A stretch of 62,815 nucleotides of DNA, filler included, from Rhabdomonas costata (taxonomy: Eukaryota): assembly GCA_019059605.1 (NCBI GenBank). It is 36 parts of 36 records of this genome, joined end to end, with 100 filler letters (N's around TTAATTAATTAA, not from the genome) between each part and the next. Parts side by side here need not be neighbours in the genome. Positions count along the whole stretch, not along the records: positions 38,464 to 40,111 come from JAHMHO010011328.1; positions 40,212 to 41,859 come from JAHMHO010011329.1; positions 41,960 to 43,606 come from JAHMHO010011330.1; positions 43,707 to 45,355 come from JAHMHO010011331.1; positions 45,456 to 47,103 come from JAHMHO010011332.1; positions 47,204 to 48,851 come from JAHMHO010011333.1; positions 48,952 to 50,599 come from JAHMHO010011334.1; 29 more parts are not named here. One strand, written 5' to 3'. Numbering within the stretch: position 1 is the first letter of the stretch; every line of letters starts with the position of its first letter. The notes beneath the pieces were generated by a model, which was given only the letters and a program-made list of their open reading frames with translations, was not told the DNA's origin and ran no database searches. Shown piece after piece: positions 39,016 through 50,514 of this stretch. Position numbers and translations under genes: made by a program.

Positions 39016-42000
39016 TTCAGTCAAACAGAAAGAGTTGGTGACTGCGCGAAATAACAAGGCAAGAGCAGCTTACGCAAAAGGAAAAGGCAAACCCCAAAAG
39101 CGTTTGGGTGTACCTTAAATCTTGTTGCCACCAGACTCCAAAGATGTCCTATATGCCTTGCGAAGGTGTAAAATTGAAGTGCAACACAACCCCTGGAGAG
39201 AGAAGCTAGTGAGGCTATATGGAACATGAAGAAAGTCGCGATAAGGATGAAATTAGGAGAGCTTGACACAAGGAGACTCGGTCTTGCGTGTGTTTCGGCA
39301 GAAAAGCAAGTCTTGTGTTACGACCGGACTCTGATAATCCCCATTCTGTTAACTGTATTTTGGTCGCCCTCTGCTACTTTCTTCGCGGTTCGCTGCAACT
39401 CCTTTCTCCCGTATACATCAAACGTACGCGATTCAAAATTCATGCGTTTCCAGCGTTCCTGAAACGAAGTAGTTTTGTTCTGTTCATTGTGTGATAGTTC
39501 TCTTCTGGATCTTGTTTTTGGGGAGCTGAGAAGACTGACAGAATGCGTGACGATTGAGTTGATCGCGGCAAAGGGAGGATAGTGAGATTGGAGACAGAAT
39601 ACGGTACTCTGAAGGCCATACTTTTTCTGCCAACAGTCACCCTAAGACCTGCTCGTGCAGCGCCTCTTGCTTTGAGAAAGGAAGGCAAACCGTCCAAAGT
39701 CGGTCTCTTTGTCCGTGCCCGTTGCGAGGAAGGGGGGCGTTCGACGCTTCAAAGAAAACAGTCGAGCGATTCCAGAAAGGGAGAGATGGTTCCTTCAGAA
39801 GCGCTCCGATGCCGTGGTGCAAGGCGACGCATCCTGGCTGCTAACGCTCGGCCCACAGCCGGTCTGGTAAGTGATCCCAACCTTCCATGCAGAGACTTTG
39901 GCGTACCGGCTGAAGAGCACGGGCCGCAAAGAACCTCCAGAGTTCCCCACAGTAGTCGCACAGACGCCCTGCCGCTGCTGGTGGGAAATCATGCACGCAG
40001 GATCCAACACTGCAAACTAACCAGGTGACTCACCGTGATCAAACTTGTAACATTTCTGTGAAAACACGCATAAGGCTAGTAATACCCCGAAACTGAGAAT
40101 TTAGCATGTGANNNNNNNNNNNNNNNNNNNNNNNNNNNNNNNNNNNNNNNNNNNNTTAATTAATTAANNNNNNNNNNNNNNNNNNNNNNNNNNNNNNNNN
40201 NNNNNNNNNNNGGTGGTGGTTTAGTCCACTTTCTGTCGAAGCGAAGGCTGTCAAGTCCCCTTCGAGGTGAGGCAAGGTACGAGAAGCGAAGATGGCAAGT
40301 CTGTCGGGGAGTTTGACAAATTAAGACGAGTTGCGGAGCAAAGGTGGTTAATTCCCCTTCAGAGGAGTTTGAGAAACGAGCAGGTTGCGACCTAGAGTCG
40401 TCGACCAAGAGTCCACAGGCTTGGGAAGCTGCGAGTAGTGGTTGAAGCCAGGCTCTAACAGTCCCTTGGCGAAAGCGAGGCCAACCAGGGGAAAAGAAAG
40501 TATCCTCACCTAGGTGAGTTGACAGCGCTCACAAAGCGAAAGCTTTGTCTGGAGGGACCACGGAGTGGAGCGGATCGAGTGGGCTACGCTGGGAAGTCGC
40601 AAGAGCCACGTAATTGGTCCGAGCCCGCCGTACCGTCTGACAACTACGGAGATTGTGTTATTGACTTTTTCTTGCCGAGGATCCTAACAGAAGGCTGAAC
40701 CGAGCAAGAGGAATTGCCAGGCAGAGACACCTAAACTCGAACCAAATCCGGCAACCGATCGGTCGAGGTATCGATTCTACGCATGGAAAGGCCAGAGACA
40801 ATCCCAGGAAAGACGAGTGGGTTTGAAAGTACCTGATCCCCAAGTCTGCCCTACCGTAACAGAAAGTGAAATACGGTCCCTGAATACCGGGTTACTCGTA
40901 TACGGTGCGGTTTCAAAATAATAAGGGGTCGAAAAGGCGATGCCATCATGACCAAACACGGAGGATGCAGCCATGGCATCACCCAAAAGGGTTGACACGC
41001 TTGAGAAGTCTCCGTCTCCAGAACCTCGTACTGGGCTCTGGTCCAGGTTTACTGATACTTACTTTGCTTTACAAAATACTTGGCTGATTCGGTAGAAATT
41101 TACTTGAAACTCCGTCTCTTTCCCAATTCCAAAGCAAAAGCGTTAGAAGGAAATCAAAACACACACACAGGTTCCACGTTCACTTAGGAATTAGGAAAAT
41201 ACTGGAATTGAAGGAATGGAGAAGAGTGTGTAAAAACTTGGAAAAGGAACGCAAAGGTGCATGAGAAGAATGTGAAATATTGACAACAATTCATTGGACG
41301 AAGTTTTCCGGTCAAATCCGGTAGTTTTGTGGGAATGGGAGTTTTGATCTAGAAAAAGGGGGGTTCCAATTAGATTCCTTTAGTTTTGGTCTAATGGTCA
41401 AAACAAGACGGTAGTGTCAAGTGACGAAAATGTCCGCGGTGTGAAAAGCGGTACCAAAGTAAACCAAAAGCAGGAAGAAAAGCACGAAAAAGACAACGGT
41501 GTTGTGTAGGGAAAAGAAAGTAGCAATGTTCAATGGGAATGGCCAGAAAGGTCATTTCGCCAAAAGGGAATTTCGTTAGGGGAAAATGTGGGCGAAAGTG
41601 TGTGTTGTGAGAGTACGTGTTTCCTGGCAAGGAGTGATCCTTTGCCGAGGAGAAAGAATCGGTTTCTAACATTAGGATGACCGTTACACACTCCACCACT
41701 AGGGGCGGAGGAGCCCCGGAAAAAGGTAATGGTCGACTAATGTCAGAACCATGGTGTGTTAGGGTATGACCAAAAGAATCCGTTAGTCGTGGAAAGGGGT
41801 GCGAAGACAACAAGTGCAGCAAAAGTGGTACAGTGGTCAAGTGCAGTGTATAATTGTGTNNNNNNNNNNNNNNNNNNNNNNNNNNNNNNNNNNNNNNNNN
41901 NNNTTAATTAATTAANNNNNNNNNNNNNNNNNNNNNNNNNNNNNNNNNNNNNNNNNNNNGTGTTGGGTTTTTGGTTTTTGTCATGCCTGCGTTTGCGTCA

Positions 42001-42111
42001 TGAAAGAGAAAACCTCAATATAAAAGAGGGGACAGGACCGCAAAGAGAGGAAGAAAAGTGAGGCAAAATTCACAAGTTATTTCACAAAAAACAGCTCTGA
42101 GGCACGATCAC

Positions 42112-43478
42112 CTTTTCCGTCAGAGTGCGGTCGGGGCGGAGCATCCCAGCGTGGTGACACCCAAAGCCTGCCGAGAAGAGCTCTTTCAGGTCCTTGTTCG
42201 TGGACTTGGCCACGTCCTTCTTCACCCACGGCTCCGGAGCCTGCACAGAGTGTACGCTCATTGATATTAGTTCGTTTCCGCACCCACTATGAGTCTGCAG
42301 AAGCTTCAAGCCAGAAATTTTGCAATTCTATTTTTTTGTGGAGTTGGTGCAATTTTCTTAAACCATAAAAACCAAAAACCGGCCCTGGTACAGCTCCATT
42401 CTTAGAACGTGAGGAAAACCGTACTTTTGTATGAGGAAGAGAGAGAGAGAATACTGGCGGGGCGAAGACGGACGCCTTCCCACTGAGCTTCGCCATCTCG
42501 CTCAAGTCCCTGGCAGTGTTGGCCGTGGCCTTCCGCGCGTGCACAAACACCATCACCTGGTGGCCTTGGGCAAGGCTTTGTGTGCACTGCGCAAAGCAAA
42601 CGGCAAGGGCACACCTACAGAACTCTTGGGCTGCGAACAGGTGCGGTGGAATGCAAAAAAGGGCCCTGGCTCCGCATCCAAACACACACGCACACATCGG
42701 CAAACCTTTTCCAGCAGCACCTGGTTCATCGCGGCCTCTCGGGCGCCAAAATTACTGTGCTGCTGTGATCCGGCTGCCGACTTCAGCTTGACGCCGATGA
42801 AGGTCTGGCTCAGGGGCACTGGCCGGAAGGAGGAGTCAAACACAAAGAGCCCCTGTGTGAATGGTACAGGCATTTATTGAGAAATCTGATGTCTGTTCTC
42901 CTCATGAAGCTCCATCCAAACCTCTTTATTCTTCACCTTCTATCAGTTCAGCGCCTGTTTCCCACATCCCAATTACCTTTCTGATCAACATCCCGCCCGC
43001 CCTTTCAGTTGTTGTGGCCAAACCTTGCTTTCAGCCTCTGAGCTAAAAAAGCCAAAAAGAAGCCTCTGAGCTGGACGATGACGCAGCGAAGAGTTCACAA
43101 AAGGCCGACTTCTGTGGGCATCAGGGCTCGAAAGGTCGGTGATGGGAGGGGGGAGGGATGCGTAGGAGCACAGGTGCCTTGCTGCTGACCCCTAGGAAGG
43201 TGGCGACGTCCTTGTAGTTCGGCAGAGTGGCAGATAGCCCGACAATGCGTATCATAGCTTGCGTGCTCTCGACCTGAAAGGCGCGGAAAGTAGGGCTCAG
43301 GGTGAGGAGCCAATTTCTTCGATCAAGCCCTTTGCGCAAAGGCACAACAGTGGTACACTCCGCCAGCCCAAAAGTGTGACACGACCTGACGCAAAGTTCG
43401 CGCCACCAACGTCTCAATGACAGAGCCTCGAGACTCGTGCAGCAGATGGACCTCGTCGATGATCAGAAGCCTCAGGAG
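42112..43478 (-). CDS. ASCC3: Ski2-like DExH helicase, ASCC3/Slh1 subfamily, N-terminal cassette; exons 43478-43386, 43273-43178, 42852-42706, 42586-42455, 42240-42112
   Basis: [57 protein letters not shown]..|[22 protein letters not shown]...|[14 protein letters not shown]...|[22 protein letters not shown] and QVMVFVHAR favour ASCC3 over Brr2. Confidence 0.93.
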
Positions 43479-43706
43479 CTGAGCGGTGGACAAAGAGCCA
43501 CAGCACCACTTGAATAACTGACAACTATGAGAACGAAGCTGAAGCAGACCCGGTCTTTTGTATGTACAGTGGGCCTCCCAAAACGCTGCATAGGCCGGTC
43601 CACCCCNNNNNNNNNNNNNNNNNNNNNNNNNNNNNNNNNNNNNNNNNNNNTTAATTAATTAANNNNNNNNNNNNNNNNNNNNNNNNNNNNNNNNNNNNNN
43701 NNNNNN

Positions 43707-44760
43707 GCGTGTGGGGTCCGTTGGTCGTACGTTGGTTCATGTGTGCTTCTGTGTCAGGGTCTGTGTCAGGAGGTGTGTCAGGAGTTGGAGTGGGTCGTTG
43801 TGTTGGTCTCTGTCTCTGTAACCATGCCGAGTCTCTGTTGTGGGTCCTTGTGTTTGCGTCTCCTGTTGTTGTGTACGGTATCATGGGTGGTGTTGGTGCT
43901 ATGGACTCTGTGTGTGTTGCTGTGGATGTTGCCTCTTACCCATGTTGTTCTGTTTCTGTACCCGTAGCTGTATCTGTTCCTTCTGTACCTGTTCCTCTTA
44001 CTCTATACGTGTGTGTATCTGTTCTTGTTGTTACCGTGTGTGTACCTGTTGTTGTTAGTGCTTGTGCTGTGGATGTTGTTGGCCTGATGGTGTGCTGGTT
44101 GTTGGTTGTTGGTGTTGGTGTTGGGCTAATCGGCGTTGGTGGTGTGGTGGTAGGGCTGGTGGTTGTATGTGCTTGGTGTGCTATGGTGGTGTCAGTGCTT
44201 GTGTCTCTTCTTTAGTGTCGTAGGGTGTGTTGGTGTTACGGTGCTCGTGTTAGTGGTAGGATTGGTGTTGTGTTGCTGTCTCATGCTCTGTCTCATGCTA
44301 TGTGTCCTGCTCTGTGTTATTGCTTCTGTTTCTGTCTCCATCTCCATCAACCATGCTCTTTGTGTGTAGTGTTGTGTCAGTGCTTCTGTCTGCTGCTGTT
44401 GGTGTCAAGGACTGTGTGATGGATTCGTGTGTTTCGCTCTCCTACCAGGTGTCTTCGTGTTCTCTGTGTCTGTAGCGATGGTGTTAGGGTCTGGATGTGT
44501 CGATGTTGGTAGCGCTGTCTCCATGGCTTCACGTGTTCCTGTTCTTGATGCGTAGGGTGTCTTGAGGTGCGAAGGGTGGTGTTGTGTCGAAGGATGGTGT
44601 CATGGCTTGCTGATGTGCGTATTCTTGACGGCTGTAGCATGGTGTGTTGTGTCGTTCGTGTCTCCGAGTCGAGGGGTTCATGCTTTGAGGGGTTCGTGTG
44701 GTGAGGTGAGGGTGTAAGGGTGTGAGTTGAAGGGTGAGTGAAGGCGTAAGGTGTCAAGAT
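43707..44760. other. About 1 kb extreme G/T (plus) / A/C (minus) strand-skewed low-complexity region
   Basis: Dominated by GTT/GTG/TGT words with no clean tandem period; unlike any other contig in the window. Confidence 0.85.
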
Positions 44761-44792
44761 CCAACCAGCTTTGAGAGTGAGAAGGCATTCCT

Positions 44793-45259
44793 ACCTGCGG
44801 TGCTGAACCCACTCCTACGGCATGCCCTTACGACCATGCCTTCGTGATGCCTTAAGTGAACCCTTGAGTGAGGTATTCGCTGTGGCTACGCCCGGACGGA
44901 GCATGACCGTACGCACCTAATGGTGGGGGAGGGCATGCGAAGTGACAGGTGGGGTAAAAGATGTTTATGCTGGTCGTGACTCGCTGCGCTCGTCACTCCC
45001 TAGATGCGTTGTTCAGTCGCTCCCCGCTACGCGGTACGCTCCTTCACAGCAATGGGTAGAACGCTGATGTAAGGATGCCATCTCGTACCTCGATGCCATC
45101 CTTCCATCCTACTCGCTCCGCTCGTGCCTTCTGTCACTCTCCTCTCATTCTCGCTATGCTCGTATGGCGGGGAGTGAGGGACGTAAGGGAAGAAGAAAGG
45201 CATTCAGTCGTCACATTCGCTACGCTCGTATTCCTCCTCCTGGTCACTTCGTTCCTAGG
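44793..45259 (-). promoter_or_regulatory. Cluster of about 9 GNA-triloop DNA hairpins, several with tandem G-A pairs (ssDNA-structured region, function unknown)
   Basis: Minus-strand hairpins at 44793-44801, 44814-44820, 44884-44892, 44976-44996, 45010-45048, 45071-45103, 45111-45125, 45150-45162 (ATA loop variant), 45217-45227 and 45239-45259. Confidence 0.7.
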
Positions 45260-45455
45260 TCGACTCTCAACATTCGCTATACATCAGTCGAATAACTCAG
45301 GTATCAAGACTTCCTTCCTTCTTCTATACACGTGTCACTTCTCTCCACACCCCCCNNNNNNNNNNNNNNNNNNNNNNNNNNNNNNNNNNNNNNNNNNNNT
45401 TAATTAATTAANNNNNNNNNNNNNNNNNNNNNNNNNNNNNNNNNNNNNNNNNNNN

Positions 45456-47034
45456 AGGGCTGCCCGAGCTGCCGCAAACCCTCACTGTCACTGCGAACTT
45501 CTCTGTGACCCGGCAGCCCGTCACAGTGCACTTCAGCAGGGGCAACCTCACTGTGGGCCTGCTAGGTGCGCTCTATTCCCCCTCCCCCCTCCCATCTGTG
45601 CTGAATGCCCTCTGGCTGGTTTTTGTTGTTTTTCGATTCCCTTTCGTTTGCCAATTCTGGAATCATGATTCACGGCTCGGCCCTTATCTCCTTCCCCAAT
45701 GCATCGCTTCTGGAGTGCAATGTAACGCAGAGAACCCTGCGTTCATTCAACAGACCGTTTAACGCCCCCCTCCCCACACACAAAAGCCTTTTTGCGTTTG
45801 GCAGGCTCTTTCAGCATGCAGGCCATTGGGGTGGACCCGGATGAGAACCCTCACAACCCCACTCTGCCGCACCGCTTTGAGTGGTCGGCCTTTGTGGTGC
45901 CCCTCGCGGCGAGCTCCGTGAATTCCTCGTGCAGCTCCGTGGGCTCGGGGTTGCCGTGGGGTCCGGCCTTCACTGCGGCTGCGAACAGCACCCTCAACCC
46001 ATCGGTCGCCATCAACAGCTCCAACCTCACCGTTAGCGCCTCGGTGCGTGTTTGTGTGCACGTCTCGGGCTCATGCTCTTTTCTTTGCTCACTGGATCGA
46101 CCGAACTAATGGGTCGAGTTGTGGCTTTCGTTAGTGGACATGGCTACCAGTGTTTTTCATGTTCCCTTCACCTCTCTCCAGGGTTCTTTAGCCTTTGCTT
46201 ACTTATTCTTAGCGCTGTGAATGTCGAGCTGCCACCCCCCTCCCTAATTCCCCGAATTCCCAGGCTTCGTTGGGCATTTCTGTGCTTCCGCAGCGGTCGC
46301 TGCCGTTCCCCGCGGGGGTGGCCGTGGTGACGGTGCGGTACATCTCGGAGACCTCGGCGGGCACGGTGTCGGCGCAGGCCCTGGTGTGGGTCAGCCTGAG
46401 CTGGGCCCTCACCCCACCCGTGGTGGAGGCCCCGATCATCCCCTTGCGGTACTTGGACAGCGGGAACTACACCACGAAGTACATTCCAGACGACGACTTC
46501 ACTGCGGTCTGCGTGTTTATGCGTGTGGTGTCTAAGGCATCGGTTTTATGCATGCACCCCTCTTGGCTTTTGCCCTCACATCCACGACCACCCGGAATTC
46601 TGGTGTGGCAGGTCACGGGAATGGTGGTCCTATATTTGAGAGTCTGGTATATGTTTCGCAACCTTCGATCACCCGCTCCCGGGATGGGATGGAGCAACAG
46701 CGATTGCTACGACAGAAGATATTGGCTTCAATTCCTAAGTGGTGGGATTGCGAAGGACAATTCTGATCTGTCCTAAAGGTCAGCGGCACTGCGGAAGGTG
46801 TGGCTTGTCAGCAGCCAGCTACTTTCTGCTAATGACCCCAGCCCTCTCGTTCGCGCGCTCCCTCTCCCACAGAGCCCTTCGGTGCTGCACCCGCTAACCT
46901 TGGAGCCCCTGGGCGTGGGCCTGTCCTGCAACTGGACCGTCGTCGTGCCCTCGCAGGCGTCGCGACACGGCAACACCACCACGCTGTCGATCCCCGCAGG
47001 AGAGCTCCTCACCGACTTCACTGTACTGCTGGAG
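45456..47034 (+). CDS. REJ/PKD-like beta-rich extracellular protein, partial; exons 45456-45565, 45805-46043, 46294-46506, 46873-47034
   Basis: In-phase GT-AG exons; REJ-like motifs GVDPDEN...RFEWSA and SCNWTV...TTLSIPAGELL; many N-x-S/T sequons. Confidence 0.6.
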
Positions 47035-48050
47035 GTGTGCGTCCTCCCAATACTCGCCCCCCCACCACCACCACCAAAAGCTCACCTTTTCGCTCCCAAA
47101 CACNNNNNNNNNNNNNNNNNNNNNNNNNNNNNNNNNNNNNNNNNNNNTTAATTAATTAANNNNNNNNNNNNNNNNNNNNNNNNNNNNNNNNNNNNNNNNN
47201 NNNTGTGTTTTTTGCGGCGGCCGTGGATGACATCGGTCAATGGGAGGTGCAGCTGGTCGTTCCAGTCCAGCTCCAGCTGGCGGTGCAGCTTTCGTAGGCT
47301 GTGGTGGGGACGACCAGAGTAGGATGGTTTTATGAGGTTGTGGCCGCCGCCGAGACAAAACCGAAATGATTCTTCCCATCCAAACGTTCCCCGAATTCCA
47401 AGAAGCGATTACGTTCGACCAGGCCATTCCAACCTCAAAACATGACCTAAAATGAATTAGCAGACAGCCCTCACCAACACACTTACACTTAGACGGGCTG
47501 ATTACCGAACGCACGCACACACACATACACAAACACAAACACACCGCTTTCTCTCTTTGCGAGACAGCTTTGGGATGACTGTGACGTGGTGAGCCGGGCT
47601 GCCGGAACTTTTAGCTGCCGCAGGGGAAACAGAGCGAGCCTTCCTGGGTCGTGGCCCAGTGGCGGCATTCACTGCGTTGAGGAAAGAAAACAGTTCAACG
47701 GTGGTGCATCTGCGTGTCTTTCTCGTTTGATTTTACAACGACGCCATACAATTGTCAAGATGGAGCTAATTGGCAGGACCAGCACAAAGCAAGAGCGGGT
47801 GAAGCGTTGTCCCACGGAATGGGTCTCCTAAACCAACCTCCGAAACCTTGGGATCAGCCGTGGGCGAGACCAAGCACATCCGCAAAATTCCTGTGTCACC
47901 CCACAAATGGCATTGGCACCAGTAAAATTATCAGTAGCTTCGCCAGCTGGTTACACACCCTGATACAGCAAATGATGTTTACGTAGACATTGAATAACAC
48001 AGAATCGGCGGTGCGGGCCCCCACACAGAGATGAATTTAAGATCAGTAAC

Positions 48051-48198
48051 CTTTCCGCCCGAATGGGCCCAAGGTTCCGAGACCAATTTCGGGAGGGGGC
48101 TGGGAGGAAAGGTGCTGCATGCCTGTAGGGGGGTTGGAGATAGGCGGCAGCTTGGCTGACGCTGGGCTCCTCTTCACGTATGGTGTGGGGGTGGCCAT
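48051..48198 (-). CDS. Probable first exon, unknown Pro-rich protein
   Basis: MATPTPYVKRSPASAKLPPISNPP...GPFGRK|gt. Confidence 0.4.
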
Positions 48199-48774
48199 CT
48201 CCCGCCAAGCACTGGGATCGTAGTGGTGTTGTTGGTGTTGCAAAGACGCAAGACTCACATGAAACGTGAAAGTAAACGAAAAGGGGTCAGAAAGAAAATA
48301 GCATGCGCAACCTGAGGCGCGGGTAAGGAGGGGACAGGAACACGAGGCACGCATCCCCTGGACGTTTCCAGGATCTGTGGTTCGAGTGTGATGCCCACAA
48401 CGGAATCGTCGGATGCGTTCGTCACATCAGGTTTGCTGCGGCCAAGGCCACCGCCGCTAGTGCTTCTGCTCTGTCCGCTGTATACTGGATGCCAAGTGGG
48501 AGGGATACTACAGGATTCCGCATCTCCATTGTGAAGCGGAAGCGCGATCGGTGGAGATAAACTGGTGAAACCGTCAGTGTGATCTCTGCTACTGCTACAG
48601 CGCAACCGCAATGTTTCGTGTGAAGCCCTTAATAGTGCTCGTATTGAAGACCTCCCCTCGTTCGTCCTTCGCATTTCATTTCTGTAGCACTTCTTCGAAT
48701 TTCATCGCACGCACTTTATCCAACTTGGTCCCGATCCCAATCAGCGCTTTCCCTGGAGGCTGCTACTTCTGCTG

Positions 48775-48806
48775 CACCACCACCACCACCACCACCACCA
48801 CCACCA
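48775..48806 (+). repeat. (CAC)n microsatellite
   Basis: About 10 perfect CAC units. Confidence 0.95.
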
Positions 48807-49165
48807 TTAGCTACCATTAGCTTCCATCCAGTCGGCTTCTGCACTCAACCCNNNNNNNNNNNNNNNNNNNNNNNNNNNNNNNNNNNNNNNNNNNNTTAAT
48901 TAATTAANNNNNNNNNNNNNNNNNNNNNNNNNNNNNNNNNNNNNNNNNNNNGGGTTGTTTTATGCACGGATGGGATGTGTGTGCAATGCCGAACAATCCT
49001 CAGACAGAATACAACACTTATTTTTCGACGATGACAAATGCTCAGCTCGCAGATACGTGTGTTTTCATTTCCTCGTGGGCTCGTGCTTTCCCAGGCTGAG
49101 GAATACTTCCAGAGTGCATAAGACACCGAAAACCATTCAACGCACGAAAAGAGAGCTGAGGTGAC

Positions 49166-50514
49166 CTTCTCCAGATTCCCAAGGCTGCTGTAGGTGTGGC
49201 CAATGTTCTCGAACAAGGAGGTGCTTGGACCGACCAGTTTCTCCATCTCCAGGAAGCACTCCAGGGCATCGGTGAAGCGGTACTGCTTCCACCGGCAAAA
49301 CCCTGCAGCCAACGGCAGATCAAGCAGTGCAGGTGATGAATGGGAGTTCGGGAACATAGGTCAGGGTGTGTGTGGGGTCGCGTGTCCCTTCCAGAGCCTT
49401 CTTTTGGGGTGAGCGACCGGGGAAAGGCATAAGCGGCGAGACCCGCCCAGCAGAATCCCTCCACAGCCCAGAAGGTGCGAGCCCCAAGAGCCCCCCCCCC
49501 CCGAGGCGGGAAGAAAACGGCTCTACGGCACGGCTGTGAAGGTCGGAGAAGCCAACTGGCGCAAAAAAAACGGTGTGAGAATTGTCCTTTGGCAAATACA
49601 AAATAGGTAGGCCTGTTTACGGCATAAAACAGAAAGGAGGGAAGGGAGCACAAAGGAGAACAAGGCCCATCTATCCAACAAAACAGAAAATGCAAAATGC
49701 AAAATGTAAAATGCAAAATGCAAAGCGGAGGTTTAAATCCTCAAATCAGGGGAGGCGAATCCAACGATATTTAGGGAAGTCCTCACCAGCCTCAGACAAT
49801 TTTCGCAATTTTCGTATCTGACCCCGTAGCGAAGTTTGTTCACATACTGTCCGGAACTTTGAAAATTGCTCAGGCCGCTTCATGCATGTAGGGGACACAG
49901 TGGAAAGATGTCTCATTTGATACCCAGCAACCTAACTATCCACGCACGAGCGCAAACACACAGCGGTGTACCCAAGGACTGAATCGCCTTGATGTGCCAG
50001 GTACCCCCGAGCTTCTTGCACACGGGGACAACCTCCTGCAGCAGGGCGTCCGTTTTGTTCAGGCGGTACAACGCGATCCAGTTACTGAACAGCTCAAAAA
50101 CCTTTTCTAGAGTCTTCGGGTCCTCCAGGCCCTGAAGAAGCACGACATGAGAAGTTCACGTGGAGCTCGGCAGACAACAAGGACTCGACCACCTGACCAA
50201 TCCACAACTACCCTACATGAAAAAACTTGGTCGGATAAACGGAGGTGAAGTGACAGAAACAAGCAAGAAAATTTCCGTGATCTGGATCGAAATATAAAAC
50301 TCTTAAAACTCACCAACTTGATACTTCCTTCAAAAATAGCAAGTCAGAGAAGCAAACAAAAATCGATGCTGCCCTCTTACCCTTCGAAAAGTGAAGGACA
50401 GAGAGAAGTGCTGGATCTCACCAGTTCAGCCCTCAGCTTGGCCACCTCAGCCTCCAGCTGTATCTCTTCCTGATACTGGTCCTCGATGGACTCCTCCGGA
50501 ACCCGAGTGGCCAT
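49166..50514 (-). CDS. TPR-repeat protein, N-terminal part; exons 50514-50422, 50131-49972, 49302-49166
   Basis: MATRVPEESIEDQY...AEL|GLEDPKTLEKVFEL...KAIQSL-G|FCRWKQYRFTDALECFLEMEKLVGPSTSLFENIGHTYSSLGNLEK; TPR consensus; in-phase GT-AG introns. Confidence 0.85.

Noticed and set aside
40212-41859. Intronless TE-like contig
   Set aside because: Stops in all frames examined and no gag, RT, integrase or recombinase motif recognised.
43709-44215. Val/Cys-rich hydrophobic ORF as a mitochondrial membrane protein
   Set aside because: No recognisable cox/cob/nad motifs; its composition follows directly from the G/T skew.
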